Positions 61,586-64,000 of a stretch of DNA of 64,000 nt are shown piece after piece. Each line of letters begins with the position of its first letter. The stretch's first letter is position 1. A program made the translations under genes and the position numbers. This DNA is from Adineta vaga (lineage: Eukaryota > Animalia > Rotifera). The notes below the pieces were generated by a model. It made no database searches. It was not told where the DNA came from and saw only the letters and a list, made by a program, of their open reading frames with translations. The DNA is taken from the NCBI GenBank assembly GCA_021613535.1, contig CP075494.1:1302001-1366000 (forward strand), in the 5' to 3' direction.

Positions 61586-62042
61586 TTACATTTATTTTCT
61601 TTTTTTTGTTAATAATAAACATGTAATTTTGTTTTAACAAGCAAGCAACATAATGTATCGTTAACAATTCATCAAGCATTGCAAAGTACATTCTCTACAC
61701 ACGCATTTATATATTCAAAATATTTCGTTAAAATGGCTCGAAATCTTTTTGAAAAATTCGTTTCTCAACATTGTCGAAGTGTTATTGAAAACTTGTGGTT
61801 ATGAGTGTATCTCTTCTTCTTTGGCACCCATACTCACACCCTCTAATTACTGGAAACATGTTGTTTTGTCTTATTCAATCGGTGAAAATCGATTTTTATA
61901 GGAGAAATCTATTAAGATTTATTTTAGTTTCATTGATTTTAATTAATCAAAACTGATATAATAGACTGAAATCGACTTTTTATAACTTTTTTTTACATAA
62001 GTATATGTATAGTTATTTTTGGTTTAGATTTAAAACACCATT

Positions 62043-63567
62043 TCAAAGTTGCACCAATTCGACATCGTTTGATGTATCGCCAATAACAAATTGTTTGTTG
62101 TTAAGTACAGCGATAGAATTACCATCATATGTGAGAGCAATTCTTTCCTTTTGTCCCCATGTTCTCACGCAATGAACTAATCTTTGACCAGTCGTGACAA
62201 AGAATTGGTTTATACCATCACTGCGAATCTGTATTGAGCCGTTGCACGCACCTAAGTCTTGTTTCTTCACGGGAATCATATCAAGAGTTAGAATGCTAAT
62301 TTGAACGACGTAACCATTGTTTTGCGCACGCTTGCTAATCGATGCTACGTAATTATTTGTCAACGAAAAACTCATTCCATGCCTAAATGCAGTTGGTGTA
62401 GTCCCTGCAAACTGGATCATACGAATCAATTGAAATTCTGTTGAATAAACATGAATTATATCACTGTCGTACTTTCCAGGATTGATCCATACCCACAGAC
62501 TGGCATCATTAGCTGCAACAAGTATGTCGGAGCAATTGAGATCGCGAACGGTGATCATGATTTTGAATACAGGATTTCGATATTCTACTGTATAGATCTT
62601 TCCATTCTCGCACAAATAAATTTTTCAATACTCTTCCAATAAATCATATCGACAATCGGTAATTGATGCCAGTGACGATATCGATCGCCAACTTGTAAGT
62701 TTTTCAAGTCACAATATGCAATCATAGGTGGAGTAGTATCATAGGTACTATACATGATATTAATACCGTCGCTAGCCATACGATCAATCGGAAAGGATGT
62801 TGGCAATAGACATTCTGGTGCACTATCTTCTGAAGTTTCAGCCTGACATGCTTCATCATTCTCGTCCAATACGACATATTGGTTACTGCTTTTGACTTTC
62901 TCAATGCTACACGACTGCGATGTTTCAGTCGCTGGAGAAGGATCTTTTTGTGTGACGTCAGTAGTGGGCACAGAGGTACTTTCAAAGTTGATTTCGTAGT
63001 TGAATGTAACTTCAGGAAGTTTTGCCTTTTTGTTTCCTACTATGTTCTTGAGATCATTTTGAATATGATCAAGATCTGTTAATAGACTAGGTATTTGTGT
63101 AAGATCGAAAAGAGTTTCTTTCGTTAGACCGTTAATTTTAATAGATATTTGTTGTAGTTTAGTCAGTATTTCCGATAGATGATCCTAAAATACAAGAGGA
63201 ATTTTGAATCAATTTGAAAATAAAACTTATGAAAACAATATACTTGTCCATGCTTTTCGGCTTGCTCGATATTATCCATGATTTTCTTTTTTGCTTCAAT
63301 TATTTGATTAAACCATTCGTCAACCTCACACCTTGCGTTTTTCACTTCAGTCTCAATCATCTGTTGTTTTGTTTGGTATAATTCATGTACTTCATTGTAT
63401 TGATGTGAGAGATGAGTAATCTTTTCCTGTAGGTCTTCATGATGTTCTTTCATACAATCAAAACAGAACGATACTGAACAATGATTACATCGACAGAGAG
63501 AAACTCGTGTTCTTTTATATTTGCTCGCACATTGTACACAGGAGTCGATAGGAGGAGCAGCCGCCAT
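62043..63567 (-). pseudogene. B-box-like Zn finger + coiled coil + beta-propeller-like protein with one frameshift (~62610)
   Basis: CVQC..CRCNHC..FCFDCMKEHH, coiled coil; 59-nt intron 63243-63185 gives an open frame to WKSIEKFICA; continuation ENGKIYTV is in another frame (mutation or assembly error). Confidence 0.7.
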
Positions 63568-64000
63568 GTTGCTGACAAACGTTTTACATGAAACTAGTTT
63601 AAAAAAGGAACAAAAAGTCTAGTAGTATTCATTTTTTATATCATAGACACAGTAGTCAAGAGTGATAACCAATAAAAATGTGATTCTAAATCTTTTGATT
63701 CGAATAGAACGACGCATTCAAAATTCGGATTAAGCTAACGGTACGCATTTTTAAGATTCTAAATGGAAGATTTTATTTTCGAAAGATGTCGCTAGTATTA
63801 GGTCGCCTTTTGAGAGTGGGTGTGGGTGAATATAAGAGACCCACATCCACGCGAGTAATATAATCTGCTGTTCTTAAAATTATTGCGAAATACTTCATTA
63901 AAAATTTGTTTTATATTTGAATCATGAAAAAAGAACTGACGATTATATTTCGAAATATTTTATCGATATTGCGTAATTATTCATATAACTTATATATTCG

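Overview
AT-rich eukaryotic genomic DNA with short (~50-60 nt) GT-AG introns. Gene families, intron size and recurrent TGTGGG motifs point to a bdelloid rotifer (inference). The left ~35 kb is transposon-dense: the 3' part of an intact Ty3/Gypsy LTR element (gag end, -1 frameshift signal, pol, a small extra membrane ORF, PPT, 3' LTR) inserted in a GPCR gene; two intron-containing hAT transposase pseudogenes; nested MITEs; a full-length mariner; a full-length BovB-like RTE LINE with TSD; a 55-bp tandem array; a large foldback; and an orphan env-like pseudogene. A GT2 glycosyltransferase (horizontal-transfer candidate) lies among them. The right ~29 kb holds mainly host surface/defence-type genes: F-box/LRR, a HFRG-motif mucin-stalk receptor, a giant LDLa/EGF-GPCR tail-to-tail with a small GPCR, an MPEG1/Perforin-2-like MACPF gene, a Ubl-PARP, another GPCR and a B-box-like gene. 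The two strongest novelty candidates are (1) a 113-aa FAST-like type-I membrane protein (signal, TM-Cys cluster, NPVY tail) in the env position of the Gypsy element and (2) a dispersed family of telomere-repeat-like hairpins, often close to gene ends. All calls are by eye with no searches run; boundaries of degraded elements are approximate.
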